The notes under the pieces were generated by a model. It was given only the letters and a program-made list of their open reading frames with translations. It had not been told where the DNA came from and did not search any database. This document shows positions 1 to 11,078 of a DNA stretch of 64,000 nt, one piece after another. A program made the position numbers and the translations under genes. Source of the DNA: an uncultured delta proteobacterium. Its GTDB lineage: Bacteria; Desulfobacterota; Desulfobacteria; Desulfobacterales; JAHEIW01. How positions within the stretch are numbered: position 1 is the first letter of the stretch; each line of letters starts with the position of its first letter. Location of the stretch: positions 224,001-288,000 of the forward strand of contig CAVPNL010000006.1 of assembly GCA_963706575.1 (NCBI GenBank), written 5' to 3'.

Positions 1-1440
1 AATAATGCCGGTGGTGTCTTTTTCACAATCAAGATCAATACGGATCTTTTTTTCTTCGGCCTTGGGCTGGCACAAATGAATGGCCGCCTGACATACATCA
101 ACAATTTTAGCCGGTTCAAAGTTAATTTCTTTTTGTTCGTCTTTTTGCTCAATACGTGCCAGTGCCAGCAGATCTTCGACGATGGAATTTAGGCGGTCGA
201 CATGTTTTTGTATGATTCCCAGAAAGCGGCTGTTTTCTTCAGCTTTATCGACCTTTCCCTGCTGCAAAGTTTCCACAAAGCCTTTAATGGCCGTCAACGG
301 CGTCCTAATCTCGTGGGAGACATTGGCCACGAGATCGCGCCGCATGTTTTCCAGGCGCCGCAGCTGGGTGACATCGTTAAATACCACGAGGGTGCCTATT
401 TGCTGCTGGCCGGCATCCAGAAGCGGCGAGCTTTTCACATCGATGACGCGCTCTTCATTCTGATACACGGTGATATCTTCTTCGGCCGGGTTCGGATTGT
501 TTAAGGCACTCTGGATAAACTGTTGCAGGGCCGGAGATCGAATGACTTCCTGAATACTTTTGCCCTGGCAGGTAGTTGGCTCATTATCAAATAGCTGCGC
601 GGCGGCTCGGTTGATACTCACGATGCGCTCTTCGCTGTCAACCGCAATCACGCCTTCCAGCATACTGGCAAGAACCGTTTCGAGTTGATTGCGCTGGCTG
701 ATAATGGTTTCAATACGACTATCCAGCTGGGCTGCCATCTGGTTCATGGCGTCGGCCAGGCCTGCCATTTCTTTGGTGGCAGGGGAGGCCAGCCGGTGAC
801 TTAAATCGCCGCCGGCAAACTGCTCAGCGCTTTTTTTCATCTGCTCGATGGGCCGACTGATGCGGCGGGAGATGACCCAGCTGATGCCGGCCGCCAGCAA
901 TGCGATGATGCATCCGCCCAGCGCAATTTTTAGCTGGATAGATCGGATTTCAGTCTGCACTGCGGTTGCCGGCAATGATGTCCGTAACACGGCCACAATT
1001 CCCCGGCCATCTCTGATCGGTACGGCGACATAAAGCATATCCTGCATGAGCGTGTTGCTGAATCGCAAAGATTTGCCGGTTTGGCCGGCCAGCGCGGTGA
1101 TGATTTCCGGCCGGTTGGCATGATTGTCCATCAGGCGCGGTGTTTCACGGGAATCACCGATCACTGACCCGTCTGGCAGGATAACGGTGATACGCGTTGC
1201 CGAAAGTCGCCCCGCTTCTTTGCAGATGGCGTCGATGGCTTCACCGCGCAATGGTGAAAGCAGCTCCTTGATCTGTATGTCCAAAAGAGCGGCTCTGGCT
1301 TTGAGGTCTGTGGCGGTCTGGTCCAGAAAAAATTGGCGCATAGCCTCAGATGCATACCAGCTGACGGCCAGCAGTGAAATCAGCGTGATCAGCAGATAGG
1401 ATGGGAAAAGCTGCCAGAGCAATCTTTTGCGTCTGTTCAT
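1..1440 (-). CDS. phoR: Phosphate regulon sensor histidine kinase, runs off window edge
   Basis: Hand translation from ATG 1440: MNRRKRLLWQLFPSYLL...MDNHANRPEI, H-box RDLVANVSHEIRTPLTAIKGFVETL near 270-345. Overlaps the phoB stop. Confidence 0.85.
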   Translation of the reverse strand, partial: MNRRKRLLWQLFPSYLLITLISLLAVSWYASEAMRQFFLDQTATDLKARAALLDIQIKELLSPLRGEAIDAICKEAGRLSATRITVILPDGSVIGDSRETPRLMDNHANRPEIITALAGQTGKSLRFSNTLMQDMLYVAVPIRDGRGIVAVLRTSLPATAVQTEIRSIQLKIALGGCIIALLAAGISWVISRRISRPIEQMKKSAEQFAGGDLSHRLASPATKEMAGLADAMNQMAAQLDSRIETIISQRNQLETVLASMLEGVIAVDSEERIVSINRAAAQLFDNEPTTCQGKSIQEVIRSPALQQFIQSALNNPNPAEEDITVYQNEERVIDVKSSPLLDAGQQQIGTLVVFNDVTQLRRLENMRRDLVANVSHEIRTPLTAIKGFVETLQQGKVDKAEENSRFLGIIQKHVDRLNSIVEDLLALARIEQKDEQKEINFEPAKIVDVCQAAIHLCQPKAEEKKIRIDLDCEKDTTGII

Positions 1441-2129
1441 GGGGTCTCTCTGAACCGATACCCGACACCCCGGACCGTTTCGATATATATGCCATAGGTG
1501 CCGAGTTTTTTGCGCAACCCGACGATTTGGACATCCACACTTCGATCGGTGACAGGATAATCGTTGCCGCGAATCGAATCCACAATATGAGAGCGGGTAA
1601 ATACCCAGCCGGGTCGCTTTGCCAGAAGTAAGAGTACCTGAAATTCGGTGTAAGTTAAATCGATTGGGTTGCCTTTGGCCAGCACGCTGCGCCGGCCGGG
1701 ATTGATTTCCAGGTCATGGATTTTCACGATCGCCATTTCATCTTGCGGTTCTTCCTTATGGCGGCGAAGGGCCGTGCGCACCCGGGCGATCATGACCTTG
1801 GGGCTGAAGGGCTTGGTAATATAGTCATCCGCGCCAAGTTCCAGGCCGGTGACGATATCGGATTCTTCCCCTTTGGCGGTTAACATGATGATCGGAATGC
1901 TGCGGAGTCTGGAATCATTTTTCACGGTTTTGGTAAATGCCAGCCCGTCCATTCCCGGCAGCATCAGATCAAGGACAATTAAATCAAATGTATCCGAACG
2001 TACTTTGCGAAGTGCATCTTCACCCGTCAGGGCTCCGGTGACGTGATACCCCTCGCGCGACAGGTTATAGCGCACCAGTTCGAGGATATCTTCCTCGTCA
2101 TCGACGACCAGAATTTTTTCCTTTGCCAT
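1437..2129 (-). CDS. phoB: OmpR/PhoB-family response regulator
   Basis: Receiver domain (VVDDE, LDLMLP, KPFSP) plus winged helix (IETVRGVGY). GGAG RBS before ATG 2129. Confidence 0.85.
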   Translation of the reverse strand: MAKEKILVVDDEEDILELVRYNLSREGYHVTGALTGEDALRKVRSDTFDLIVLDLMLPGMDGLAFTKTVKNDSRLRSIPIIMLTAKGEESDIVTGLELGADDYITKPFSPKVMIARVRTALRRHKEEPQDEMAIVKIHDLEINPGRRSVLAKGNPIDLTYTEFQVLLLLAKRPGWVFTRSHIVDSIRGNDYPVTDRSVDVQIVGLRKKLGTYGIYIETVRGVGYRFRETP

Positions 2130-2206
2130 TTTATACTCCAAGATTGTTATCGGGTTGATTAACTCGAAATAACACGTTTTGAATATTCGTATTCGGCCAA
2201 GGAAAT

Positions 2207-2245
2207 TATGAATTTATTGTTATCATAAAGTTAAGATATTGTTAA
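2207..2245 (-). promoter_or_regulatory. PHO-box-like 11-bp-period direct repeats upstream of phoB
   Basis: Minus strand TTAACA-n5-TTAACT-n5-ATAACA-n5-TTCATA. Confidence 0.5.
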
Positions 2246-2515
2246 ATAATTATTAGGAACTGGTCAAAAAATAGTCGGACACATTTTTTGGTTGAGCCGG
2301 TTGAGCCCGTTGCCCGCTGCGCCCGGTAAAAAAAATAAAATCAGATAGTTTTCCGATTTCAACGGGCAACGGGCCAACGGGACAACCGATATCATTCGAG
2401 TATGAGAGCGTTGAGATACCTACCAAAGAATAACATAGAGCTTGACAAATTTGTGGGCTGCCTTCTCCAGGCTTACTTTCAACCGGAACATGACCGCTCA
2501 ATAATAACTTAGGGC

Positions 2516-2566
2516 TTGACAAATTTTTAGAACGAGATATATTTGAATATATGTTCAGATATTCAA
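2516..2566 (+). promoter_or_regulatory. Sigma70 promoter with overlapping ArsR/SmtB operator
   Basis: TTGACA 2516-2521, TATATT 2538-2543, inverted repeat TTGAATAT-n8-ATATTCAA 2543-2566. Confidence 0.65.
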
Positions 2567-2952
2567 GGAGTGGGTATGGGTTCTATGCAAGAGCCAAATG
2601 TTTAGATGGGGATGACTGCCAGGTGCGGGTGATTCACCTGGATCGGGTGGAACGGGCGCGCAGAGAAACGGTTTCCGGAAAAGAACTGAACCGGCTGTCA
2701 TCGATTTATAAGGTTCTGGGTGATCCCAGCCGCCTGAAGATTGTCATGGCACTGCGAAACGTTGAAATGTGCGTATGCGATCTGGCGGCATTTCTGGGAC
2801 TGACGGAGTCGGCCATATCGCATCAATTGCGCCGCTTCAAAGATCTGGCATTGGTCAAAAGCCGCCGCGAAGGCCAGGTGATCTATTATTCACTGGATGA
2901 TGAGCATGTGGCGGAGCTGTTGAATATAGGACTTGCACATGTCACAGAATAA
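2551..2952 (+). CDS. Metal-sensing ArsR/SmtB/CadC-family repressor (start uncertain)
   Basis: LGDPSRLKI, EMCVCDLA, SAISHQL, YYSLDDEHV. AGGAG+ATG at 2576 is out of frame, suggesting an indel. Confidence 0.85.
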   Translation: MFRYSRSGYGFYARAKCLDGDDCQVRVIHLDRVERARRETVSGKELNRLSSIYKVLGDPSRLKIVMALRNVEMCVCDLAAFLGLTESAISHQLRRFKDLALVKSRREGQVIYYSLDDEHVAELLNIGLAHVTE

Positions 2953-3096
2953 TTTTTCGATGCCTAAAAAAGGCCTTTTTCCGAAATGCGGCGTTCTCCG
3001 CGGGCTTAATTCGTCAACGTACGATGAGTACGCCTCCTCGCAAACCCTTGTGCGGCCTTGCCTTTCGAAAAAACTCCTTATTTATGCATCGAAAAA
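2953..3096. repeat. ~145-bp MITE-like palindromic element
   Basis: Terminal IR TTTCGATGC...GCATCGAAA, central CGTAC-n5-GTACG. Confidence 0.5.
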
Positions 3097-3132
3097 ACTT
3101 TTTTAAAAAAATATTAAAGTAAGGATAAAAAA

Positions 3133-4318
3133 TTGAATTTTATTGTCGATATTTTGCTTGCAAGTTGGAATTTGCTTGTTGATGCTTCGGTTTACATTTT
3201 ATTCGGTTTGCTGGTGGCCGGGCTTTTACGGGTATTTTTAAATCCGAATTCGATTGCCAAACATTTGGGCCAGGGGCGATTTAAATCCGTTATCAAGGCC
3301 GCTTTTTTTGGAATACCGATTCCGTTGTGATCGTGCGGTGTTCTGCCCGCAGCCGTGTCGCTGCGCAAACAGGGAGCCAGCAATGGCGCCACCACCGCTT
3401 TTTTGATTTCAACACCGGAATCCGGCGTGGATTCCATTTCCATTACCTACGCACTGCTGGATCCGATCATGACGGTCGCCCGCCCGTTGGTGGCCTTTGT
3501 GACCGCTGCGGTTGCGGGAATTACGGAAAATCTTTTTGGTTCAAACAACCAAACAGCACGGATTACCCCGGATTTGAGCTGTCCGGTGGATGGCTGCTGC
3601 GACGGACAAAACTGCTCCCCTGAGGAACACCGGCAACATCATAGTTTCTGGGAGAAATTTTCCGCCGGAATGCGTTTTGCCATCGGTGATCTCTGGGAAG
3701 ATCTGGCAGCGTGGTTTCTGATCGGACTCATATTGGCCGGATTGATTACCGTGCTGATCCCGCCGGATATGTTTGGTCAGATATCTGGGAGCCGGCCTTC
3801 CGGCCATGCTGATCATGCTGGCCATCGGCATTCCCTTGTATATTTGCGCGACGGCCTCCACACCGATTGCCGCCGCCCTGATTCTAAAGGGCGTCAGCCC
3901 GGGCGCAGCTCTGGTATTTCTTTTAGCCGGACCGGCGACAAACATGGCGTCTTTGACGGTCCTTACCGGCACGCTGGGCAAGCGGGCCACCGCCATTTAC
4001 CTGGCATCCATAGCGGTATGCGCCGTCTTGTTCGGTTTAATCGTTGACCAGGTTTATGCGTCTTTAGGCATTTCGGCCCAGGCGGTGGTGGGCCAGGCTT
4101 CTGAAATTGTGCCTGAATGGGCCGGTTTGCTCGGTGCCATTGCTATTCTGGGGATGTCAATCAAACCCGTCTGGAGCGCCATCCGGGCGCGCTTCAAACC
4201 GGCAGTGCCGCAGGAAGATGTCGAACATGAATTTAAACCTACCCGTCAAGAACCGCTGCCGGTGATTTCCGATTGTTGCCCGAACTGTGATTCTTCATCC
4301 GATTCAGGGCGATCCTGA
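3133..4318 (+). CDS. DUF318/SO_0444-type metal(loid) efflux permease, predicted selenoprotein (TGA 3328-3330), one frameshift near 3777
   Basis: GIPIPL-TGA-SCGVLP...ISTPESGVDS, where the family has PLCSCGV. The second repeat PLYICATASTPIAA lies in the 3773-4318 frame. Confidence 0.85.
3348..3365 (+). promoter_or_regulatory. SECIS-like hairpin (permease)
   Basis: CGCAGC-cgtgtc-GCTGCG, loop about 23 nt after the TGA. Confidence 0.6.
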
Positions 4319-4527
4319 ACGCATCTACCTTAACTATCGTTTCAAATTAGCCACGGACCCGGCTTCGCTCTTGCAAGCTTCGCCGCGGCGGGCCCCACAC
4401 AGACCCACACAAAAATTTTGGCCGAGCCGACATTGCTCGGCCAAAAACTGTCATCCTACAACGCATTAAGTGTATTCCCACGACCATAGTGTCGTCACAA
4501 TATGAAATTGTCCGTGTATGTCCGTGG

Positions 4528-5349
4528 CTAATTGAATAATCGCTCTTCACCGCAGAAGACATACAGCCCGGCATCATCATCATCCAATGATGCCAGGGTG
4601 ATGTTGAGGCGGCCAGCCAGTTCTACCGCCAGCGCAGTGGGACGGGAATGGGCCAGGATAATCGGAATGCGCGCCCGGGCGGATTTCTGGACCAATTCAT
4701 AGCTGATACGGGATGAGAGGATGAGAAGCTCGGCCTGGTCGAGCCGGCGCTCCAAAAAGATTTTACCGATGGCCTTGTCGAGGGCATTATGGCGCCCGAC
4801 ATCTTCCGCAACCGCCAATAGTTCCTGGCCGGCACCATAAATCGCCGCGGCATGGGAGGCCAGGGTTTGCGTACGCAGGGGCTGGATATTGGGAAGTGCC
4901 TCCAGGCAGGTCAGGGCTTTTTTCATGTCAATCGATTGGCTGTTCTCCAGCGGTTTAATGATCTGGAAAAGGTCTTCGATCAGCTCCTTGCCGCACAGAC
5001 CGCAGCTGGTCTGACTGATAAAACCCCGTCGATCCATTATATCCGATATTTGTTCACGCCGCGCCGGCGTCAGCGTTATCGTCACCACATTGCTGTCATC
5101 ATCTTCGCAAAATCCGATGGACGTTAAATCATCCGGGGTATCAATGATGCCTTCAGTCAGGCAAAAACCGGCCACATGAGCGAATTCATCACCCGGTGTG
5201 CGCATCACCACGGCATAGGGTTTGCCCTCAATGCGAATTGAAAGCGGCTCTTCTCCCAACAGTTTCTGGTTCGTGGCAGTTTTCGTTCGGTTGTTCCAAT
5301 GAATCAATTTTTGGTTAAAAACTTTATCCAAGTCGACCTCCGTTGCCAT
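4528..5349 (-). CDS. fdhD: Formate dehydrogenase accessory sulfurtransferase
   Basis: EEPL, MRTPG, TSCGLCG, EDVGRHNALDKAIG, SSRISYELVQK. Confidence 0.92.
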   Translation of the reverse strand: MATEVDLDKVFNQKLIHWNNRTKTATNQKLLGEEPLSIRIEGKPYAVVMRTPGDEFAHVAGFCLTEGIIDTPDDLTSIGFCEDDDSNVVTITLTPARREQISDIMDRRGFISQTSCGLCGKELIEDLFQIIKPLENSQSIDMKKALTCLEALPNIQPLRTQTLASHAAAIYGAGQELLAVAEDVGRHNALDKAIGKIFLERRLDQAELLILSSRISYELVQKSARARIPIILAHSRPTALAVELAGRLNITLASLDDDDAGLYVFCGEERLFN

Positions 5350-5589
5350 GCGGATATGCGGTTCGGGTTTGCAGCGAATGATATTCGCTTTCAGCTCATT
5401 TTCCCCTGCGATCTTTTCAGGCTTGCAGTCTTATGCGGCGCGCGGATATGCCCGCCAGGTTACACACAATATATGACCATTTAATAATATGTCCAATTTG
5501 AAAGAAAATTCAACTTTTTCTTGACAAATTTCTCTAAAAGATTAATATTTCAGAGTTTTAGAACCGAAAAAACAGTTAAGGAGGCCGAT

Positions 5590-6246
5590 TTGATATACGC
5601 AGTAATAACTTCAGGCGGAAAACAATATAAAGTTGAAGAAGGTGAAACCTTAAAGGTTGAAAAGATCCCCGGTACTGTTGGCAGTTCGGTTAAGTTTGAC
5701 CGGGTGTTGATGATTTCTGACGGCGATACGTCCAGTATCGGTCAGCCCGTTTTGGATGATGCGTTGGTTGAAGGGCATATTGTTGAGCAGGGCAAATCCA
5801 AAAAGATTATAGTTTTTAAGTATAAACGTCGCAAACGCTATCGCCGTAAGCAGGGACACCGGCAGCAATATACCGCAATTAAAATAGACAGCATTAAGGC
5901 CAAAGCCATAAAGGCCCGCGAAAAGGTCGAACCCGAAACCGAAACAGAGGCCAAGAAACCGGCAGTTGAAAAAGTGGCGGCCAGGGAAACAGCCGCCGGG
6001 ATTGAGGCTAAAAAACCGGAGGCCCCAAAAGCCGCGGTAAAGAAAAAAGCAGCCAAGAAGCCTGAAGCCAAGGCAGAAACCAAGAAAAAAGAGACAAAGA
6101 AGGCTGTTAAACCCAAAGCCAAGAAAGCAGAAGCCAAATCCAAGGCCAAAAAAGCGACACCCAAGAAGGAGGCCGCCAAGAAAGCCGCAGCTAAAAAGCC
6201 TGCAGCCAAAAAAACAGCGACCAAATCAAAGAAAAAGACCGACTAA
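5590..6246 (+). CDS. rplU: 50S ribosomal protein L21 with long Lys/Ala-rich tail
   Basis: YAVITSGGKQYKVEEG...KQGHRQQYT. AAGGAGG RBS then TTG 5590. Confidence 0.95.
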   Translation: MIYAVITSGGKQYKVEEGETLKVEKIPGTVGSSVKFDRVLMISDGDTSSIGQPVLDDALVEGHIVEQGKSKKIIVFKYKRRKRYRRKQGHRQQYTAIKIDSIKAKAIKAREKVEPETETEAKKPAVEKVAARETAAGIEAKKPEAPKAAVKKKAAKKPEAKAETKKKETKKAVKPKAKKAEAKSKAKKATPKKEAAKKAAAKKPAAKKTATKSKKKTD

Positions 6247-6411
6247 TTTATTTGAAATAAGCTTTTATTAAAATGCTTATATCCTTATAATAACTTTAGT
6301 CACTTTAGTTCATTTTAGGCATTTTAGGCACTTCTTCGGCATAAGCGAAAAATTTGGCCATCTTGCCTAATTATAATTTTGATAATTTAGATTTCTAATA
6401 GGAGTATAACC

Positions 6412-6666
6412 ATGGCTCATAAAAAAGCAGCTGGTAGCTCAAAAAATGGACGCGACAGCAATGCCCAACGGCGCGGTGTAAAACGATATGGCGGTGAAAA
6501 AGTAAAAGCTGGTAATATCCTGATACGCCAGGTGGGGACACGGATCCATCCGGGTGACAACGTCGGAATGGGCAAGGATTATACCCTTTTCGCCAAAATT
6601 GACGGTACTGTTGCATATGAGAGGGTCGGCCGTGCGCGCAAACGCGTTAGCGTATACGCCGAGTGA
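6412..6666 (+). CDS. rpmA: 50S ribosomal protein L27
   Basis: [16 protein letters not shown]. Confidence 0.98.
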   Translation: MAHKKAAGSSKNGRDSNAQRRGVKRYGGEKVKAGNILIRQVGTRIHPGDNVGMGKDYTLFAKIDGTVAYERVGRARKRVSVYAE

Positions 6667-7668
6667 AATTTATTGATGAAGCCATTATCACTGTTGAGTC
6701 CGGTGATGGCGGCCGGGGGTGCGTCAGTTTTCGGCGTGAAAAGCATGTTCCCCGTGGTGGTCCGGACGGCGGTGACGGAGGAAAAGGCGGCGATGTTACT
6801 TTTAAAAGTACATCACGCCGACGTACTCTTTTTCCATTCCAATTAAAGCGCCAGTTTAAAGCCAAAAACGGCGTCCACGGTCAGGGAAAACAAAAAACCG
6901 GAAGAAACGGTAAAGACCTGATCATCGAAATCCCACCCGGCACCCTGGTCAAAGATGCCGATACCAACGAAGTTTTAAAAGATTTTACCGCGGCCGGTGA
7001 ATCTTATACCGTTGTGCCTGGCGGTAGAGGCGGCCGCGGGAATGCCCGTTTTAAAACATCCACCAATCGGGCCCCCCGCTATGCTCAACCCGGTGAAGAA
7101 GGTCAAAACCGTCGGCTTAAACTCGAGCTCAAGCTTTTAGCCGATGTCGGAATTATCGGACTGCCCAATGCCGGCAAATCGACCCTGATCAGCAAGATTT
7201 CCTCCGCTACCCCTAAAATCGGTAATTATCCTTTCACCACCCTGACGCCGACGCTGGGTGTTGTCGAAACCGAGCTGGAGTGATCCTTTTGTCGTTGCCG
7301 ATATCCCCGGCTTAATTGAAGGCGCCCATGAAGGGGCCGGTCTTGGCACCCAGTTTTTGCGGCATATTGAGCGGACCCGGATTTTAATCCATCTCATCGA
7401 TGCCGGAACCATTGACCGGGAACATCCCCTCGATCAATTGAAAACCGTCAACCGGGAAATAGAATCTTTTAATCCGCAGTTGATCCAAAAACCGCAGATC
7501 GTAGTGCTGAATAAAATGGATTTGCCGGGTGCACAAGAGGCGGCAGATGCCTTTGCTGCTGCGCTGGATACAGAATCAGTCGTTTTAATTTCGGCGCTCA
7601 AAAAAAAGGGGATGAAGCGCCTGGTTTCGCGAATAATCGAATTGCTGGATAAACCCGGCGGTGGATAA
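6663..7668 (+). CDS. obgE: GTPase ObgE/CgtA, frameshift near 7272 (probable sequence error)
   Basis: [28 protein letters not shown] in frame 1. [10 protein letters not shown] and NKMD in frame 2. Confidence 0.93.
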
Positions 7669-7755
7669 CCGGAGTTGGTCTGCCAAAATATAACGATTGG
7701 CAATCCTGTTAACAAGCGTTTGATTTGCGTTTGATTTATATGGTATTGAAATAAC

Positions 7756-8421
7756 ATGCGCATTGGATTATTCGGCGGCACGTTCAACCCCATCCATCGG
7801 GGACATCTCCGGGCTGCGTTAGAAGTTATAAAACGATTCAACCTGGACCAGATCTATTTGATTCCAGCTGCATTGCCTCCCCATAAAACGCCCGGCATGG
7901 TGGCCAAAGTAGATGATCGTCTAAAGATGATCAATCTGGCCATAGCAGATCTTTCCGAGTTAACGGTTTCCGACGTTGAATTAAATCGTCCCGGCCTTTC
8001 TTATACCATTGATACGATTCGACATTTTAAACATACGCTTGCGAAGGACGCTCGAATCTATCTGATTATGGGACTGGATGCATTCCTTGAGATCCATACA
8101 TGGAAATCTCACCAAGACCTGCTAGAACAGATGGCGTTTATCGTAATGGCGCGCCCCGGTCAGGATTATCCGGGCGCTCAACAGGGATGGAGAATCCTGG
8201 AAAGCTATCTTAAATCCACCCTGTCGGCAAATTATCAATTTGATGCGGCACAGGCCTGCTATACGTCAGAAGGAAAGCAGCCGGTTCATATCTGCGACAT
8301 TAAGGCGATGGATATTTCCTCGACGAAAATCCGCGAAAAGGTTAAAAGAAACCAAAGCATTGAAAATCTAGTAACCCCAGAAGTAGCTGATTATATTCGA
8401 CTAAAAGGACTTTATAAATGA
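7756..8421 (+). CDS. nadD: Nicotinate-nucleotide adenylyltransferase
   Basis: GGTFNPIHRGH, PPHK, SYTIDT, ISST. Confidence 0.95.
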   Translation: MRIGLFGGTFNPIHRGHLRAALEVIKRFNLDQIYLIPAALPPHKTPGMVAKVDDRLKMINLAIADLSELTVSDVELNRPGLSYTIDTIRHFKHTLAKDARIYLIMGLDAFLEIHTWKSHQDLLEQMAFIVMARPGQDYPGAQQGWRILESYLKSTLSANYQFDAAQACYTSEGKQPVHICDIKAMDISSTKIREKVKRNQSIENLVTPEVADYIRLKGLYK

Positions 8422-8774
8422 GCACAGATGCAGTTTCTCCTCTGGGCCTATACATTGAGGCGGCATCGGAAAAAAAAGCGTTAAATTTGATTGTATTAGA
8501 TGTGGGCGACCTCACCTCGATTGCAGATGCATTTATTATCTGCAGCGGGAAGTCCAACCGCCAGGTGAATGCGATTGCTGATTCTATTGTTGCCAAATTA
8601 AAAAAACATAAAATCAAGCCGCTCAGTGTAGAAGGAACCGGCGAGGGTCATTGGGTGTTGCTGGATTACGGTCATGTGGTCATCCACGTTTTCTACGAAC
8701 CAGTTCGAGAATTTTTTGATCTTGAAGGGCTGTGGGCAGATGCCAAACGAATAGAGACCCGCACCTTAAAATAA
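8418..8774 (+). CDS. rsfS: Ribosome silencing factor
   Basis: WVLLDYG, REFFDLEGLW, adjacent to nadD. Confidence 0.95.
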   Translation: MSTDAVSPLGLYIEAASEKKALNLIVLDVGDLTSIADAFIICSGKSNRQVNAIADSIVAKLKKHKIKPLSVEGTGEGHWVLLDYGHVVIHVFYEPVREFFDLEGLWADAKRIETRTLK

Positions 8775-8802
8775 TTAGCAGACAGCGATAAAGCCTCCAA
8801 TC

Positions 8803-9354
8803 ATGTCTAAAACCTCAAAACCATATTCAATGATCACCGATTTTGTCACTGGAAAAGAGATTCCCAATATTGGTGCCGAAGAGAATCGGCAACTGGTTGA
8901 GCGATTTTTGGTGAATGAAAAAGGGTTTTCAAAAGAAGATATAGCGGTCGATGTCGATATTGAAATCACCATTGCCGGAGAAACATACCGTTCTCAAATC
9001 GACCTTGTGGTCAGTGTTGAAGATGAATACGGATCCACCCGCTTGATGGCCATCAAATGTGCGGCGGCCTCACTGGGATCCCGGGAAAGAGAAATTTTAG
9101 CGGCCTCGCGGCTGCTTGCCGAAAACCAGATCCCTTTTTCAGTTGCATCCGATGGTAAGACTGCCATTGTTCTGGATACGGTTTCCGGCAAAAAGCTGGG
9201 GGAAGGGCTGAAGGCAATACTTTCAAAAGCGCAAGCACTAGAAAAATTAAAAGAAATAAAACCATTGCCTTTCCCGAAAGAAAAGCGGGAACGCGAAAAA
9301 TTAATATTTCGATCCTTCGACAGTATGAATGTCAATGTGGGCAGGAATTTGTGA
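8803..9354 (+). CDS. Stand-alone HsdR N-terminal-like domain protein
   Basis: EENRQLVERFLV..KGFSKEDI, IDLVV, ASDG pattern. Confidence 0.55.
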   Translation: MSKTSKPYSMITDFVTGKEIPNIGAEENRQLVERFLVNEKGFSKEDIAVDVDIEITIAGETYRSQIDLVVSVEDEYGSTRLMAIKCAAASLGSREREILAASRLLAENQIPFSVASDGKTAIVLDTVSGKKLGEGLKAILSKAQALEKLKEIKPLPFPKEKREREKLIFRSFDSMNVNVGRNL

Positions 9355-9373
9355 TGTAGAAATGCACTATGCG

Positions 9374-9763
9374 TTATACGCTGGCGCTGTTTATGTGAGC
9401 GTGTTCTGATTTTTGGTGCTGATAGGCTTTAATCACCTTTTTTGCAAACCGAATGTTTTCTTCCTGGCTTCCCTGAAAATTAATGCCGCTTTTAAAATTG
9501 CCCTTTTTATTTTTTACCGAAAATATCACCCGTGCGGCGATTCTGATCAAATTGTTTTTCATATCAACGAAGATCAAATAGATATATTTGGATTGAATCA
9601 TTTGAGCCGTTTCTAACAGTATTCCGTTCTGGCTGATATCCAGGGCTATTCCCATGTTCTGATCCAACTGAATCCCATTCTGATTCACACTATCATAAGA
9701 AATCGGATTGCAGATTTTTATTCTCGGAAATTTTCTTCGATCAAGTTTTTCAAGTAAAAACAT
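9374..9763 (-). CDS. PilZ-domain protein (5' end uncertain)
   Basis: RRKFPR and DISQNG match RxxxR / DxSxxG. Confidence 0.7.
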   Translation of the reverse strand: MFLLEKLDRRKFPRIKICNPISYDSVNQNGIQLDQNMGIALDISQNGILLETAQMIQSKYIYLIFVDMKNNLIRIAARVIFSVKNKKGNFKSGINFQGSQEENIRFAKKVIKAYQHQKSEHAHINSASV

Positions 9764-10384
9764 AACGGTGATACCACTCAGGGTTGATGTTTATCAGGTG
9801 ACCGCAGGTGGTGTTAAAGAGAAAATGGATGAGTGGTGCACGCAGGCGAAAAGGAATGTGCTGACAGCCATTGAGGATGAGCTTGAAATTTAGACCGTTG
9901 CTCAACCTAAAATCCTTTCCTGAAACGCTCATGTCGGAAGATCGGAGGATCAATCTTAGAACAAACCGGTGCGCTTTTCGAAGCGATGAATTCAAGTATT
10001 ATTATCCACACATATGGTCAACCCATACATCTATTTCCGGAAAAAGTTCAAAATTTTGATTACACGCTGGGACCCGAGGTCAGACAATTGTCAGACCAAA
10101 CGGATGCCCTGCTCTTGGTGCGAGGGGTGGATAACATAGCGACTGCGGGACGCAAGGCCGTACAGGCCGGGAGCGTAATTTTAGGCGCACTGGTGGGGGT
10201 TCAGGTAACTCCTATTATGGGCGCTACGGCGGTGAACCTTGCATTAGTGGACGCCAATACGGGTGAAGTTTTGTGGTATCAATTTCCACGCTTCTGCCGG
10301 GGATCACGATTTGCGCGACCCGATAAATACCACTGCCATGGTAATGGATATTCTTAAAGACTTTCCCATTAAAAAAGCGGTGAA
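9764..10384 (+). pseudogene. 5'-truncated, multiply frameshifted putative lipoprotein gene
   Basis: Fragments VDVYQVTAGGVKEKMDEW and ALVDANTGEVLWY in shifting frames, no start. Confidence 0.5.
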
Positions 10385-10389
10385 ATGAT

Positions 10390-11050
10390 TTGATTAAAAG
10401 ATTTTTAACCGTTGTCCTAGTTTTAATGGGGATGATGGCTTGTGCCACAACCCAACTACCCCCTGTTGGAGAGATGGACGCGCTTCAACTTCAGGCAGAT
10501 GAAAAACGAATATGGAATCGATCTAGTGAAGAACAAAGACGACTGAATAACAGCTCTTACATATACGAAGATCCTGTCTTATCCGCGTATGTAAACGAAG
10601 TGGCCCAAAATCTCATTCCACGAGGATATCAAAGGGAAAGGACTTTCCTTTCAAGGTTTGGATTATCCGCAATCCCCTTCTGAACGCATTCGCCTATCCC
10701 AATGGGGCGATTTATGTGCACACCGGTCTTATATCTAAAATGGAAAACGAAGCTCAGCTGGCATGGAATTGGACGGTTTCTGGAAATCGACTCCTCAAAA
10801 TTCCAGAGCGCATTTTTACATGGGCGAGCTATACCGGCAAAGAAACGATGAGGCGGATAGAGAAAAGGCCATAAATGAATATAGTTTGTCCATTACAGTA
10901 TGATCCTTCGAATCCCGCGCCCCATAAAGGCATCGGTCTGATCTACTACAAGCTGGGACGACCCCTGGAAGCAAGGTCAGAATTCGAGAAATACCTGATC
11001 GTTTTCCGGATGCGGACGATGCGGCATATATTGAACAATATATTGAAGCG
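10390..11050 (+). pseudogene. M48 peptidase/TPR lipoprotein with internal deletion and frameshifts
   Basis: Lipobox MMAC, NAFAYPNG..ENEAQLA jumps directly to TPR sequence. No HExxH. Confidence 0.6.
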
Positions 11051-11078
11051 ATGCCTACAAAATAACAGGAGGTTGGCA

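Noticed and set aside
4316..4333. Extra Sec at the permease C-terminus
   Set aside because: Only four codons follow before TAA and no convincing hairpin is seen.
7281..7283. TGA in obgE as Sec
   Set aside because: The protein continues in a different frame, so this is an indel.
8803..9354. Type I restriction system
   Set aside because: No hsdM, hsdS or helicase domain nearby.
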